NCBI GenBank assembly: GCA_963727485.1
Contig: CAVSGM010000002.1
Location: forward strand, 1,344,001-1,408,000
Length of the DNA stretch: 64,000 nucleotides
Direction of reading: 5' to 3'
Source: an uncultured delta proteobacterium
GTDB lineage: Bacteria; Myxococcota; Myxococcia; SLRQ01
How positions within the stretch are numbered: the first letter of the stretch is position 1; each line of letters begins with the position of its first letter. The translations under genes were made by a program, and so were the position numbers. The notes beneath the pieces are model-generated. The model worked only from the letters and a program-made list of their open reading frames with translations, made no database searches and was not told the origin of the DNA. Below are positions 42,650 to 54,073 of the stretch, piece after piece.

Positions 42650-42671
42650 GGTCTACCACGGGCCTCCGACA
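42650..42671 (-). promoter_or_regulatory. PafBC/RecA-NDp-type promoter motif upstream of addB
   Basis: Minus strand TGTCGG-AGGCCCGTGG-TAGACC versus mycobacterial consensus TGTCGG-N10-TA-N3-T; only the last T differs; 7 nt before the addB ATG. Confidence 0.65.
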
Positions 42672-42678
42672 GAACCGG

Positions 42679-43086
42679 TCACACCGACGGCCCCCGGGTG
42701 AGCTCGGCGAGGAAGCGGATCTCCGCGACCAGGTTGTCGAGGCCCACCTCCCGCTGCCACACCAGCTCGGTGACCAGGGCCAGGTCGGCCTCGGGGCCGG
42801 CGTCGGGGAGGGTGGACTCGGTGGTGTCGGCGTGGGTGAGGACGTAGCCCCGGGCCCCCAGGCGGTCGCCGAGGCGCCCGCGCAGCTCCGCCTCGACCTC
42901 GGCCGGGGGCCGGCCCGCGTGGCGGGCGACCACGGTGAGCTCGAGGTGGTTCACCGAGACGGTGAGGGCCACCCCCGGGGCGGGCTCCACCATCCGGCTG
43001 TGGCCCAGCCGCCGCACCGGCGCCAGGCCGACGCCGGCGAAGGCCGCCTCCGCCCGCTGGAGGAACGCCCGGCCCCCCTCGGCCAA
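42679..43086 (-). CDS. Hypothetical protein
   Basis: TTG start abutting the archaemetzincin stop; GC3-biased frame. Confidence 0.6.
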   Translation of the reverse strand: MAEGGRAFLQRAEAAFAGVGLAPVRRLGHSRMVEPAPGVALTVSVNHLELTVVARHAGRPPAEVEAELRGRLGDRLGARGYVLTHADTTESTLPDAGPEADLALVTELVWQREVGLDNLVAEIRFLAELTRGPSV

Positions 43087-43629
43087 CTAGCGCCTCGGCC
43101 CCAGGCCCAGGCGATCGCGGCAGGTGTCGCAGAACCGCGGGCGCTTGCGATCGGTGTCGGAGAGGGTGTTGGCGAAGAACATGGCGCAGCTGTCGGTCTG
43201 GCAGTGGGGCAGGCCGAAGATGTGGCCCACCTCGTGGAGCACCTCGGCGCTGACCCGGCGGAGGGTGACCGCCGCGTCGGCGGGGCGCCCGTAGAAGCCC
43301 GGCTGCATCCGCGCCAGGGAGACCACCGCCGCCTTCTCCGCCCGGTCGGCCTCGCCGAACACGAAGTTGAGGTCGGGGGTGAACAGGTCGACGTCCACCA
43401 GGCCCACGCCCAGCACGTGCTTCTTGGGATCGATGGCGTGGCTCACCCGCCGGACCACGGCGGTGGAGTGGTACTGCTGCCGCGCCGGGTTGAAGGCGTA
43501 CTGGGGGTCGGCGAGCGACGGAAGCACGTCGAAACCGCGCCCGAGGGCCTCGGTGAGGACCTGCCCCAGATCCCGGCAGAAGGTCCGAGAAACCGACCCC
43601 ACGGGGACGATGGCGAAGACTCCATCCAT
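43087..43629 (-). CDS. Archaemetzincin-family Zn metalloprotease
   Basis: RQQY, DLF...LNFVFGEA, HEVGHIFGLPHCQTDSCAM, DRK...FCDTC. Confidence 0.92.
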   Translation of the reverse strand: MDGVFAIVPVGSVSRTFCRDLGQVLTEALGRGFDVLPSLADPQYAFNPARQQYHSTAVVRRVSHAIDPKKHVLGVGLVDVDLFTPDLNFVFGEADRAEKAAVVSLARMQPGFYGRPADAAVTLRRVSAEVLHEVGHIFGLPHCQTDSCAMFFANTLSDTDRKRPRFCDTCRDRLGLGPRR

Positions 43630-43683
43630 CCTGAGGACCAACACTTGCCAGTCCCCGGTCCTGGTGTAAAGGGCCAATTGCGC

Positions 43684-43712
43684 TTGATGCACCGGGCGCT
43701 TCCGCCTACCAT
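43684..43712 (+). promoter_or_regulatory. sigma70 promoter of tRNA-Gln
   Basis: TTGATG-N17-TACCAT followed by a GC-rich discriminator, 11 nt before the tRNA. Confidence 0.7.
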
Positions 43713-43723
43713 CCGCGCCGCGC

Positions 43724-43797
43724 TGGGGAGTCGTCTAACGGCAGGACATCGGCCTTTGGAGCCGATTATCCAGGTTCGAATCCTGGCTCCCCAGCCA
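43724..43797 (+). tRNA. tRNA-Gln(TTG)
   Basis: Acceptor TGGGGAG/CTCCCCA, anticodon arm TCGGC-CTTTGGA-GCCGA, T-arm CCAGG-TTCGAAT-CCTGG, encoded CCA. Confidence 0.97.
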
Positions 43798-43801
43798 GGT
43801 C

Positions 43802-45645
<1,844 letters not shown>

Positions 45646-45649
<4 letters not shown>

Positions 45650-46251
45650 GGCCGCGGGGCCTCCCGGCGGGCGGCGAGGACCAGGGCGTCGTCCCGGGCG
45701 AGGGCGCCGGCGACGAGGACCCGGCCCACCATCGGCCCCAGGGGTCCCTGGGTGTCGGCCTGGGACAGGGCCTCGGGGGCGAGGCCGTCGGTGGCCAGGA
45801 GCAGGAGGGACCCGGCGGACCAGGCCACCTCCCGCACCCGCACCGCCGCCGTGAGGCGCCCGACCACCCCGCCGACGAGGGGCAGCCCCTCGGTGCGCCC
45901 CCCGGGGACGAGGAGGCGGCCCTCGACGTTGCCCACCCCCGCCCAGGCGAGGGCCCGGCCGCGACGCTGGACCAGGGACAGGGCCAGGCCCCTCGTCCGC
46001 TTCGCGGCGAGGTCGGCGCGCTCGAAGAGCTCGGGGAGCGGCGCCCCCGCGTCCGCCGCCAGGGCGCCGGCGGCGGCCAGCGCGGCCTCCCGGGCCTCGG
46101 GGCCGTGTCCGAGGCCGTCCATCATGGCCACCAGCACCCCCCCGTCGAAGGGGAGCACCCGGCACAGATCGCCGCTGGTCTCGCCCCCGAGGCGAGGCCG
46201 GCCGGCGCTGGCCCAGGCCAGCCCGCCATCACGCCCGACCTCGATCGGCAT
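45646..46251 (-). CDS. rsbX: RsbX-like PP2C/SpoIIE phosphatase
   Basis: SGD, DGLGHG, GVGNV, ATDGL, DDA. Confidence 0.82.
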
Positions 46252-46669
46252 CGCCCACCCACTTGGTCATGGTCACGGTGGTCCCCAGCCCGGGCCCGCT
46301 GTCCACGGCGAGGGCGTCCATCAGCCGCCGCGCCCCCGGGAGCCCCAGCCCCAGCCCCCGGCCCGTGGAGAACCCGTCGGTGAGGGCCCGGGCCACGTCG
46401 TCGATCCCCGGACCCCGGTCCCGGGCGATCACCTCCAGGCCCACCCGGCCGGCGTGGGCCACCCGGCGGAGCACCACCTCGCCCTCGACGGCGTAGTTGA
46501 GGATGTTTCGCGCCACCTCGGAGATGGCGGTGGCCACCATGGTCAGCTCCATCTGGCCGAGGCCCACCGCCTCGCCCATCGCCCGGCCCCGTTTGCGGGC
46601 CTCGACGATGTCCCCCTCGTGTCGGATGGGGATCACCCGGCTGTCCGCGTCGTCGCCGCCCGGGATCAT
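46229..46669 (-). CDS. rsbT: Ser/Thr kinase RsbT
   Basis: DIVEAR, ATAISEVARNILNYA, DRGPGI, DGFST..GLGLGLPGARRLMD. Confidence 0.93.
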   Translation of the reverse strand: MIPGGDDADSRVIPIRHEGDIVEARKRGRAMGEAVGLGQMELTMVATAISEVARNILNYAVEGEVVLRRVAHAGRVGLEVIARDRGPGIDDVARALTDGFSTGRGLGLGLPGARRLMDALAVDSGPGLGTTVTMTKWVGDADRGRA

Positions 46670-47031
46670 GGCTCGACGTCCCCGGCAAGGAGCCGCGACA
46701 GGCGGTCGAGGCCCTCCTCAAGGTCGAGGGCGGTGACGGTTCTTGGGAGGCGGAGGCCGAGCTGCACCATGGAGAAGGCGACGTCGGGCTGGATCCCGCT
46801 GATGACGGTCTTCGCTCCCCGGAGGCGGAGCATCTGGGCGAGGTCGCCGAGGGCCCGGCCGGCGAAGGAGTCCAGCACCGGCATCCCGGTCACGTCGACC
46901 AGCACCCCCTTCGACCGGTACCGGCCGAGCTGGTCGAGCAGCGTGTCCTGGAGGATCCCCCACTCACTGTCCGTGAGCTCCCGCTGGAGCGAGGAGATGA
47001 GCACCTCGCCCTGCTTGAGGATGGGGATCAT
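46666..47031 (-). CDS. rsbS: STAS protein RsbS
   Basis: IPILK, VDVTGMPVLDSF (phospho-Ser), SGIQPDVAFSMVQLGL, TALDLEEG. Confidence 0.93.
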   Translation of the reverse strand: MIPILKQGEVLISSLQRELTDSEWGILQDTLLDQLGRYRSKGVLVDVTGMPVLDSFAGRALGDLAQMLRLRGAKTVISGIQPDVAFSMVQLGLRLPRTVTALDLEEGLDRLSRLLAGDVEP

Positions 47032-47954
47032 TTCACCGGCTCCGCGGCGAAGCCCGCCGGGGCGGGCGACATCATGCCCCCGCCCGGCTCGGCCGGAAGG
47101 CCGAGCTCGGCGAGGCGCTGCTCGGCGGCCTCGACGCCGGCCTGGAGGTCCACCAGGGTGCGCACCCGGCCGAGATCGGCGCCGAGGGCCACCACGGTCC
47201 GGGCGATGCCCGGGGAGATGCCCGTGAGGAGCACCTCGCAGCCCATGAGCCCGGCGGCCTCCACCGTCTGCACCAGGTGGTGGGCCACCCGGGAGTCGAC
47301 CATGGGCACGCCGGTGATGTCGATGACCGCCGCCCGGGCCCGATGGGTCCGCACCGCCTCCAGGACCGACTCGGTGATCTGCCGGGCCCGGTGGGTGTCC
47401 ACCACGCCCACCACGGGGACGATGAGCAGCCGCGGCCGGATCCGGAACACCGGGGTGGACAGCTCGCGGATCGCCGCCTGCTGCTGGGTGATGATCCGCT
47501 CCTTGGCGGTGAGGTAGGCCTCGCCGAGGATCTCGGTGATGAGATCGAGGTAGTGGCCGAGGCCCGCGACCAGCCGGTTCAGGGTGCCCGCGTCCCCGGC
47601 GGCCCGGTCGACGAGGCGTTTGAGGACCTCCCGGCGCATCAGGGTGAGGAGGGCGTGCCAGTCCGCGAAGGGCACCCCGCGCTCGGCCCAGCCCTCGGCC
47701 TCGGCGCGGAGCCGCGCCACCAGGGGACCGAAGTCTCCCGACTCGAGGGCGGCGTGCATCTCCCGGTCGCTCTCGGCGTTGCGCCTCGCCTGGAGCTCCG
47801 GGTCGACCTCGTCGGCGGCCCGGGCCAGGGACGGGACCTCGGAGAGGCGGTCCCTCAGGGCCGCGTCCAGGCCCTCCCGCTCGGCCTGGTAGACCTCCCA
47901 GAAGGCCGCGAGCTCGGCCCGCGCCGCATCATCGAGGCTGGGAACATAATCCAT
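47028..47954 (-). CDS. rsbR: RsbR (globin-like sensor + STAS)
   Basis: QQQAAIRELSTPV, VGVVDTHRA, IDITGVPMVDS, TGISP; AGGAG RBS. Confidence 0.9.
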   Translation of the reverse strand: MDYVPSLDDAARAELAAFWEVYQAEREGLDAALRDRLSEVPSLARAADEVDPELQARRNAESDREMHAALESGDFGPLVARLRAEAEGWAERGVPFADWHALLTLMRREVLKRLVDRAAGDAGTLNRLVAGLGHYLDLITEILGEAYLTAKERIITQQQAAIRELSTPVFRIRPRLLIVPVVGVVDTHRARQITESVLEAVRTHRARAAVIDITGVPMVDSRVAHHLVQTVEAAGLMGCEVLLTGISPGIARTVVALGADLGRVRTLVDLQAGVEAAEQRLAELGLPAEPGGGMMSPAPAGFAAEPVK

Positions 47955-48019
47955 GGCCACGGCAGCTGCTCCTTTCCGGTCTTCCCCGCATGACCGCCTC
48001 CGCGCCCCGCAGATCTTGC

Positions 48020-48049
48020 ACGCTAGGGCCCCCGGGTCGGCGGGGTCAA
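48020..48049 (-). promoter_or_regulatory. Putative sigma70 promoter of rsbR operon
   Basis: Minus strand TTGACC-N18-TAGCGT. Confidence 0.5.
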
Positions 48050-48115
48050 GTGGGTCGATCAGCCACCGCGGCCGGGGTGTGACCGGGGTCACAACCCCCA
48101 AGCTGTGCGGGAGAC

Positions 48116-49117
48116 CTAGTACCGCCAGACCGCGGCGCCCCAGGTGAACCCGGCGCCGAAGGCGGCCATGGCCAGCACCTGCCCCCGGTCGATGCGCCCC
48201 TGCTCGATGGCCTCGTCGAGGCCCAGGGGGATGGTGGCCGCGGTGGTGTTCCCGTAGCGCTGGATGTTGTTGAACACCTGCTCGGGCTTCAGCCCCAGGG
48301 TCTGGGCCACCATCTCGTTGATCCGGAGGTTGGCCTGGTGGGGGACGAGCAGGTCGATGTCCTTGGGCTCGAGGCCCGCCTCGCCCAGGACCTGGCCGAT
48401 GGCCTGGGGCATCTTCACGACCGCGTGCTTGAAGACCTTGGAGCCCTGCATCTTCGGGTACTGGCGGCGGCCCTCGTCGACCCCGAGGTCGTACTGGGGG
48501 TGGTGCTTGCTCGAGGGGAACTCGACCCAGAGGTCCTCGGCGTGGCGGCCGTCGGCGCCCAGCGTGAGGGCGAGCAGCCCCCGGTCCGGGTCGTCGGTGG
48601 GCCCGAGGATGGCCACGGCGGCGCCGTCGCCGAAGATCACCGAGACGTCGCGCCCCTCGGTGGTCAGGTCGAGGCCTGTGGAGTGGACCTCGGCGCCCAC
48701 CAGGAGCACCCGCTTGTAGGCCCCGGCGCGGATCCAGGCGTCGGCCACGGAGAGCCCGTAGAGGAAGCCCGAGCACTGGTTGCGGATGTCCAGTGCCGGG
48801 ACGCCCTTGAGGCCGAGCTTCGCCTGGAGGAAGCACCCGGAGCCGGGGAAGTGGTGGTCCGGGGAGAGGGTGGCGTAGACGATGGCGTCAATCTCGCTGG
48901 CGTCCATGTCCGCCTTGTCCAGGGCCTTCTTCGTGGCCTCGAGGGCGAGGTCCGAGCCGCCCACCCCGCTGCCCTCGTCGATCCAGTGGCGCGCCTCGAT
49001 GCCGGTGCGCTGGCGGATCCAGGCGTCGGAGGTGTCCATCATCTGCTCGAGGTCGTGGTTGGTGACCACCCGGTCGGGGACGTGGCGGCCGGTGGCGATG
49101 ATCTCGGTCCTGGGCAT
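48116..49117 (-). CDS. fabH: 3-oxoacyl-ACP synthase III
   Basis: DTSDAWIRQRTGI, catalytic NQCSGF, FGDGA, PHQAN, GNT, FGAGFTWG. Confidence 0.92.
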   Translation of the reverse strand: MPRTEIIATGRHVPDRVVTNHDLEQMMDTSDAWIRQRTGIEARHWIDEGSGVGGSDLALEATKKALDKADMDASEIDAIVYATLSPDHHFPGSGCFLQAKLGLKGVPALDIRNQCSGFLYGLSVADAWIRAGAYKRVLLVGAEVHSTGLDLTTEGRDVSVIFGDGAAVAILGPTDDPDRGLLALTLGADGRHAEDLWVEFPSSKHHPQYDLGVDEGRRQYPKMQGSKVFKHAVVKMPQAIGQVLGEAGLEPKDIDLLVPHQANLRINEMVAQTLGLKPEQVFNNIQRYGNTTAATIPLGLDEAIEQGRIDRGQVLAMAAFGAGFTWGAAVWRY

Positions 49118-49322
49118 CGGGCGATCCTCCGGGGGGGCGCGCGCGGGGGGAGGCGCGCGGGGGGATGAGCGCCGCTCATTGGCGGCCGGGGCGCATGGTG
49201 CCGCGCCCGGCCCCGGGCCGCAACCCCTTGTCGTCCCAGGACCGGGGTAGGTACGGGTCCCCAGTCGACCCCGGCCAATCGACCGATGCCGCCGGGGAGC
49301 CGTTCCCCTAGAATCGCCCACG

Positions 49323-50114
49323 ATGGACGACCGGGGACAACGACGAAGGCGGGGCCAGGCCGGCCAGGCGGCGGTGGAGCAGGCGCTGGTGATGCCGCTG
49401 ATGGTCTTCCTGATCCTGGGGATCGTGCAGCTCACCATGATGCAGCAGGCGCGCATCATGCTCGAGTACGCGGCCTTCAACGCGGCCCGCTCGGGGGCGG
49501 TCTACAACGGCGACCCCGACGCCATGGAGTGGGCGGCCACCTTGAGCCTCCTGCCGACCATGGGCCGGACCGACAGCTGGGGAAATCTGATGAAGCGGGC
49601 CGGGGTCGCGGCGCTCACCGCGGGCCTGGGCAGCTTCCTCGGCAAGTTCCACATCCCCGGGGTGGCGACCAAGCTGGTGAAGGTGGAGATCCTCAACCCC
49701 ACCAAGGACGCCTTCTCCTCCAAGTACGCCAAGCACCTCGACTACAAACAGCTCGATTTCGATGACATCCGGGGGCAGGCGGCCAAGGACAATCTGCTGT
49801 CCATCCGGCTGACCTATTTCTATCACCTGCGCGTGCCCTTCGTGAATCACCTGATCATGCTGTTCTGGTTCGGGAGCACGGTGGGCCAGCTCGACCGGCT
49901 CCACAGCATCGACTTCGTGAACCCGAAGATGGCCCACGCCTCGGACCTGGTCGCCGCCATGGCCTTCGCCCGGGGCAAGGCCAACCTGCGCACCGCCTAT
50001 CTCGCCTGGCAGGCGGGCTACGACTACTTCCCGATGACCACCTATTACACCATCCGGATGCAGTCGAACCTCTACAAGGCCAACGTGCTCAAGGCCGCCC
50101 CCACGGGCGGGTGA
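49323..50114 (+). CDS. TadE-like pseudopilin
   Basis: GQAAVEQALVMPLMVFLILGIVQL...AAFNAAR prepilin motif (G|xxxxE). Confidence 0.85.
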   Translation: MDDRGQRRRRGQAGQAAVEQALVMPLMVFLILGIVQLTMMQQARIMLEYAAFNAARSGAVYNGDPDAMEWAATLSLLPTMGRTDSWGNLMKRAGVAALTAGLGSFLGKFHIPGVATKLVKVEILNPTKDAFSSKYAKHLDYKQLDFDDIRGQAAKDNLLSIRLTYFYHLRVPFVNHLIMLFWFGSTVGQLDRLHSIDFVNPKMAHASDLVAAMAFARGKANLRTAYLAWQAGYDYFPMTTYYTIRMQSNLYKANVLKAAPTGG

Positions 50115-50132
50115 GGCCGGGGGAACGCGACC

Positions 50133-51731
50133 ATGTTCATCCACTTCGAGCGGCTGCGGAAGGACGAGGACGGGCAGACCCTGGTCCTCGCGGCGGTGTC
50201 GATGCTGGTCCTCGCGCTGTGCGTGATGGCCACCATCCACATCGGCCACGTGGCCTACGAGAAGGTCGAGCTGCAGAACGCCGCCGACCAGGGCGCCTAC
50301 TCCCTGGCCGCCACCACCGCCGAGGGCTTCAACTTCTTCGCCTACACCAACCGGGCGATGATCTGCCACTACGCCGGCCTGCTCACCCTCTACGCCTGGG
50401 TGAGCTACCTGCTCTACGTCGACCACACCTGGGTTCGGCTGGCGAAGCTCTTCGAGGTGATCCCCGGCATCGGCGAGGCCATCGCCGTGATCACCGACAT
50501 CATAGACAACGTGATCACCGCCCTCGACGACTTCGTGGGCTACACCGCCGGACCGGCGATCAACGCCTTCAACTACATCCTCTTCGCCTTCCAGACGGCG
50601 ATGGCCCTCTTCCTCGCCACCGACGTGGTCATCTCCACACCCCAGGCGTTCACCGACAGTGACAGCGGCGCCAAGATGAACAAGCTGGCGAGCGTCCTCG
50701 GCGCCGCCTCCCGGGTGGCCAACACCGTGGAGCTCGCCAAGTCCGTCGACTACAAGGACATCGAGAAGCTCGCCTCGATGAAGGCCGACACCGACGAGGG
50801 GCGGATGGTGATGACCGACCTCATCAACTCGGCCAGACACCCCTGGGTGGCGGGCACCGACGTCAAGACCAACTCCTGGAACCCGCTGGCCTACCTGGGG
50901 CGCAGCTTCGCCATCCACATCCACCTGTGGCTGCTCATCGCCGGCCTCGACTTCCAGCTGCGCAAGGAGGCCCGCACCGAGGAGGGCGCCACCGACTCCA
51001 GCCAGAAGCGCGACCAGGTCTACTCGGTGGACGCCTTCAAGCTGCGGGCCACCGCCTCCGTCGGGATCGCCGACGTGACCGTGGGCTTCACCTACCTCTC
51101 CCAGGTCTGGGCCGACAAGGCCAAGGGCGGGATGAGCGAGGCCCTCCTCGATGTCGACGGGCACATGTGGGGCGGGCGCCTGGCCAAGTGCCACGTGCTG
51201 CACGTCTCCTGCCCCGGGTTCATCTCCGACGGGCTGCTCGCACCGCTGAACACCCCCTGGAAGATCCTGGTGAAGCTGGTGGAGGGGCTGGCCATCGAGG
51301 AGGAGCAGCAGGGCAAGCACCACCTCTACCCCCTGGGCATCACGCCCTACGCCAAGTTCAAGCCCGAGGCCAAGTGGCGCGCCGGGTTCAACGAGCCGGA
51401 CTTCATGGTCTTCGCCAGCAAGGACCTCAAGGAGGTCAACAAGCTCTGGACCCAGAGCAAGATCCCCTCGAAGTACAGCCTCACCATCCCCGGGCAGAAG
51501 GAGGCGAAGATCGACTTCACCGACACCCAGTCGGGGATGCCCAGCTGGATGAGCCCGGGGCTCAACGCCCTCTCGGTGGCGCGGGCCTACTACCACCGCC
51601 CGGGTGACTGGCGGGAGCAGCCGAACTTCTTCAATCCCTTCTGGGGCGCGAAGCTCGAGCCGGTGGCCAACCACCCGCTCCTCGAGTCGCTGCACCTCGG
51701 GACCCTGGCCGACAAGGTCATCACCCACTAG
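50133..51731 (+). CDS. TadG-like / Tad-domain pilus tip protein
   Basis: DEDGQTLVL TM helix, ELQNAADQGAYS. Confidence 0.82.
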   Translation: MFIHFERLRKDEDGQTLVLAAVSMLVLALCVMATIHIGHVAYEKVELQNAADQGAYSLAATTAEGFNFFAYTNRAMICHYAGLLTLYAWVSYLLYVDHTWVRLAKLFEVIPGIGEAIAVITDIIDNVITALDDFVGYTAGPAINAFNYILFAFQTAMALFLATDVVISTPQAFTDSDSGAKMNKLASVLGAASRVANTVELAKSVDYKDIEKLASMKADTDEGRMVMTDLINSARHPWVAGTDVKTNSWNPLAYLGRSFAIHIHLWLLIAGLDFQLRKEARTEEGATDSSQKRDQVYSVDAFKLRATASVGIADVTVGFTYLSQVWADKAKGGMSEALLDVDGHMWGGRLAKCHVLHVSCPGFISDGLLAPLNTPWKILVKLVEGLAIEEEQQGKHHLYPLGITPYAKFKPEAKWRAGFNEPDFMVFASKDLKEVNKLWTQSKIPSKYSLTIPGQKEAKIDFTDTQSGMPSWMSPGLNALSVARAYYHRPGDWREQPNFFNPFWGAKLEPVANHPLLESLHLGTLADKVITH

Positions 51732-51742
51732 GAGGCGATGGG

Positions 51743-53053
51743 ATGCGGCGGCCATTCTCACGACTGCGTGACGAGGAGGGGACGGCGATCACCGAGATGG
51801 CGATCATGCTCCCCGCGCTCCTCATCATCTTCTTCTGGTGCCTGTTCTTCACCGACATCTCGCTGGTGCGCCTCAAGGTCCTCGAGGCCACCCGGATGGC
51901 CGTGTGGGAGACCACCGTGTTCCGCAGCCCCAGCGCCATCAAGTCGGACGTGGAGGCGCGGTTCCAGGACCTGCGCTCCAGCGACACCGACAAGACGACC
52001 AAGCCCAAGGGGTTCATGACCCTCAACGACGTCAAGGTGAACGTCTCCGTCCAGTCGAACCTCGAGCACCCCTTCGTGGGCCAGGCCGACTTCGGGGACA
52101 AGGGGGGCGCTGCCACCAAGGTCGTCGGCTCGATCAACAAGGGCCTCGACTGGATCCTGAACTACATGGGGATGAACACCAAGGCCCGGGCCAAGGCCAC
52201 CGTCTCCATCTCGGTCCAGAACGACCTCATCCCCAAGAACCTCCACATCCTCGACAACCGCATCGACGACGACGTGCTCACCAGGCCCCTGGTGTTCAAG
52301 TCCCAGGGCGGGATCGTCTTCGACACCTGGAAGGCCTGGCCCCACCGGGCGTCGGGCACCACCAGCAACGCCGGCAACGAGACCGACGTCTACCGCTCCT
52401 ACCCGGTGGCCGAGAAGTACGTGGCCGACAAGGTGAAGAACATCGCCTTCTTCGGCCTCAACAAGGTGTCGATCTTCGACACCGCCGCCAAGGTGGTCGA
52501 CAAGCTGGGGATGCCGGTGCCCTGGCTGGTGAGCTCCTTCCAGGCCGACCACGAAGGCCCCATCGCCATGCTCCCGGCGGCGCCCATCTCCGAGAGCTGG
52601 GTCCCCGGCCATGGGATGAAGCCCTACAAGGCCGGGCAGCTCACCTTCAACAACTACGCCAAGGCCGGCCCGGGCACCTTCGACACCCCGGCCCAGGGCG
52701 TGGACCGGGCGCGGCCCACCCTCCCCTACAAGATCGCCAGCGCCAAGTGGTCGATGAGCGGCGGCAGCGGCGGCAACATCCTGGGGGCGGTCACCGGGAG
52801 CTGCAACGGCGGCTACTGCAAGACCGAGCTGTCCTCGGGCGACGCCGAGAACGCCTACTACCAGAGCTACCAGTGCCGCGGGCACTTCTACGAGGGGATG
52901 ACCAACGCCACCGGCAAGCCGGGCTCGGCGGCGTTCTTCAACCTGGTGGGCGCCTCCAAGAACTACAACGGCTGCGAGGACGCGGCGGACAGCGCCGCCG
53001 ACACCATCGCCAAGTGGGGCTCGGGCCTGGGCTCGCTGCTCGGGGGAGGCTGA
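51743..53053 (+). CDS. Large TadE/TadG-like pseudopilin
   Basis: DEEGTAITEMAIMLP TM helix, EATRMAVW; Cys-containing C-terminus. Confidence 0.8.
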   Translation: MRRPFSRLRDEEGTAITEMAIMLPALLIIFFWCLFFTDISLVRLKVLEATRMAVWETTVFRSPSAIKSDVEARFQDLRSSDTDKTTKPKGFMTLNDVKVNVSVQSNLEHPFVGQADFGDKGGAATKVVGSINKGLDWILNYMGMNTKARAKATVSISVQNDLIPKNLHILDNRIDDDVLTRPLVFKSQGGIVFDTWKAWPHRASGTTSNAGNETDVYRSYPVAEKYVADKVKNIAFFGLNKVSIFDTAAKVVDKLGMPVPWLVSSFQADHEGPIAMLPAAPISESWVPGHGMKPYKAGQLTFNNYAKAGPGTFDTPAQGVDRARPTLPYKIASAKWSMSGGSGGNILGAVTGSCNGGYCKTELSSGDAENAYYQSYQCRGHFYEGMTNATGKPGSAAFFNLVGASKNYNGCEDAADSAADTIAKWGSGLGSLLGGG

Positions 53054-53054
53054 C

Positions 53055-53852
53055 ATGCGCGGCGCGCGACGCATCCTGGTGGACCTCGGGGCCACGGCGC
53101 TGGTCGGCGGCTGCGTGGTGGCGGCGCTGGTGGTGGGCAGCCCCCGCCTCCCGGCGGCGCGGGCCGAGATGCCCGACACCGCCGCCCCGCCCCCGGTCGA
53201 CCCCCTGCTGCCGTCGGCGGGCCCGGGCTCGGTGCCGGTGGTCCGCGGGAGCACCGTCGACGGCCGGGAGATGAACGCCGACATCCGGCTCTCCCACCAG
53301 AGCGTCGACGCCCTCGCCGAGCACTACCGGGCGCTGCTCACCGACCGGGGGATCCACGTCGACGAGACCGACCTCGCCGGCCAGCACTTCGTGGGCGGGC
53401 TCGCCCCGGATGGCCACCAGGTGGGCGTGCTCCTCCGGCCGGTGGCCGACCCCACCGGCGGCACCGAGACGGTGGTGGTGCCCATCTCCGCCCGGGGCAC
53501 CTACCGCCCCGGCGCCGAGGCGACCGACCTCGACCTGCCCCTGCCCCCGAACCACCAGGTGGTCTCCACCGGGCGCTCCCACGCCGGCGCCTCCGGGGCC
53601 ACCACCGCGGAGATCCTCTGCACCCAGTCGGCCGAGGCGGTGCGGGCCTTCTACGCGCAGGCCATGGCCGCGCGGCACTACACCCCCCTGACCCTCGGCG
53701 GCCGGATCCGGGGCCGCGGCCACAAGGCCCTGATCCTGCGCTACCGCGGCCCCGATGGCGACCTCGCCACCATCGGCATCCACCGGATGGACGACGGGCA
53801 CGCCGCGGTGTTCCTGGTCCACACCGACCACCGAGAGGTCAACACCCCATGA
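53055..53852 (+). CDS. Hypothetical exported protein in Tad cluster
   Basis: N-terminal hydrophobic segment; GGAGG RBS; tightly coupled to neighbours. Confidence 0.7.
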   Translation: MRGARRILVDLGATALVGGCVVAALVVGSPRLPAARAEMPDTAAPPPVDPLLPSAGPGSVPVVRGSTVDGREMNADIRLSHQSVDALAEHYRALLTDRGIHVDETDLAGQHFVGGLAPDGHQVGVLLRPVADPTGGTETVVVPISARGTYRPGAEATDLDLPLPPNHQVVSTGRSHAGASGATTAEILCTQSAEAVRAFYAQAMAARHYTPLTLGGRIRGRGHKALILRYRGPDGDLATIGIHRMDDGHAAVFLVHTDHREVNTP

Positions 53853-54073
53853 TCGCGCGCCTCGCCTGCCTCCGGCTCTGGCTCGTCGCCCGCCGCGCCC
53901 ACCGCGCGCAGGCGGGTCAGGCGGCCGTGGAGTACGCGGTGATGACCGCGAGCCTCCTGCTGACCACCGCCCTGGCCGCCCCGTTCATCCTGAAGTTCGC
54001 GCCGGACATGATCAACGCGCTCCAGATCTACATGAACGGGTTCTACTTCGTGCTCTCGCTGCCCTTCCCCTGA
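53849..54073 (+). CDS. Flp-like small pilin
   Basis: GQAAVEYAVM (Flp G|xxxxEY motif); 74 aa; ATGA overlap. Confidence 0.78.
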   Translation: MIARLACLRLWLVARRAHRAQAGQAAVEYAVMTASLLLTTALAAPFILKFAPDMINALQIYMNGFYFVLSLPFP

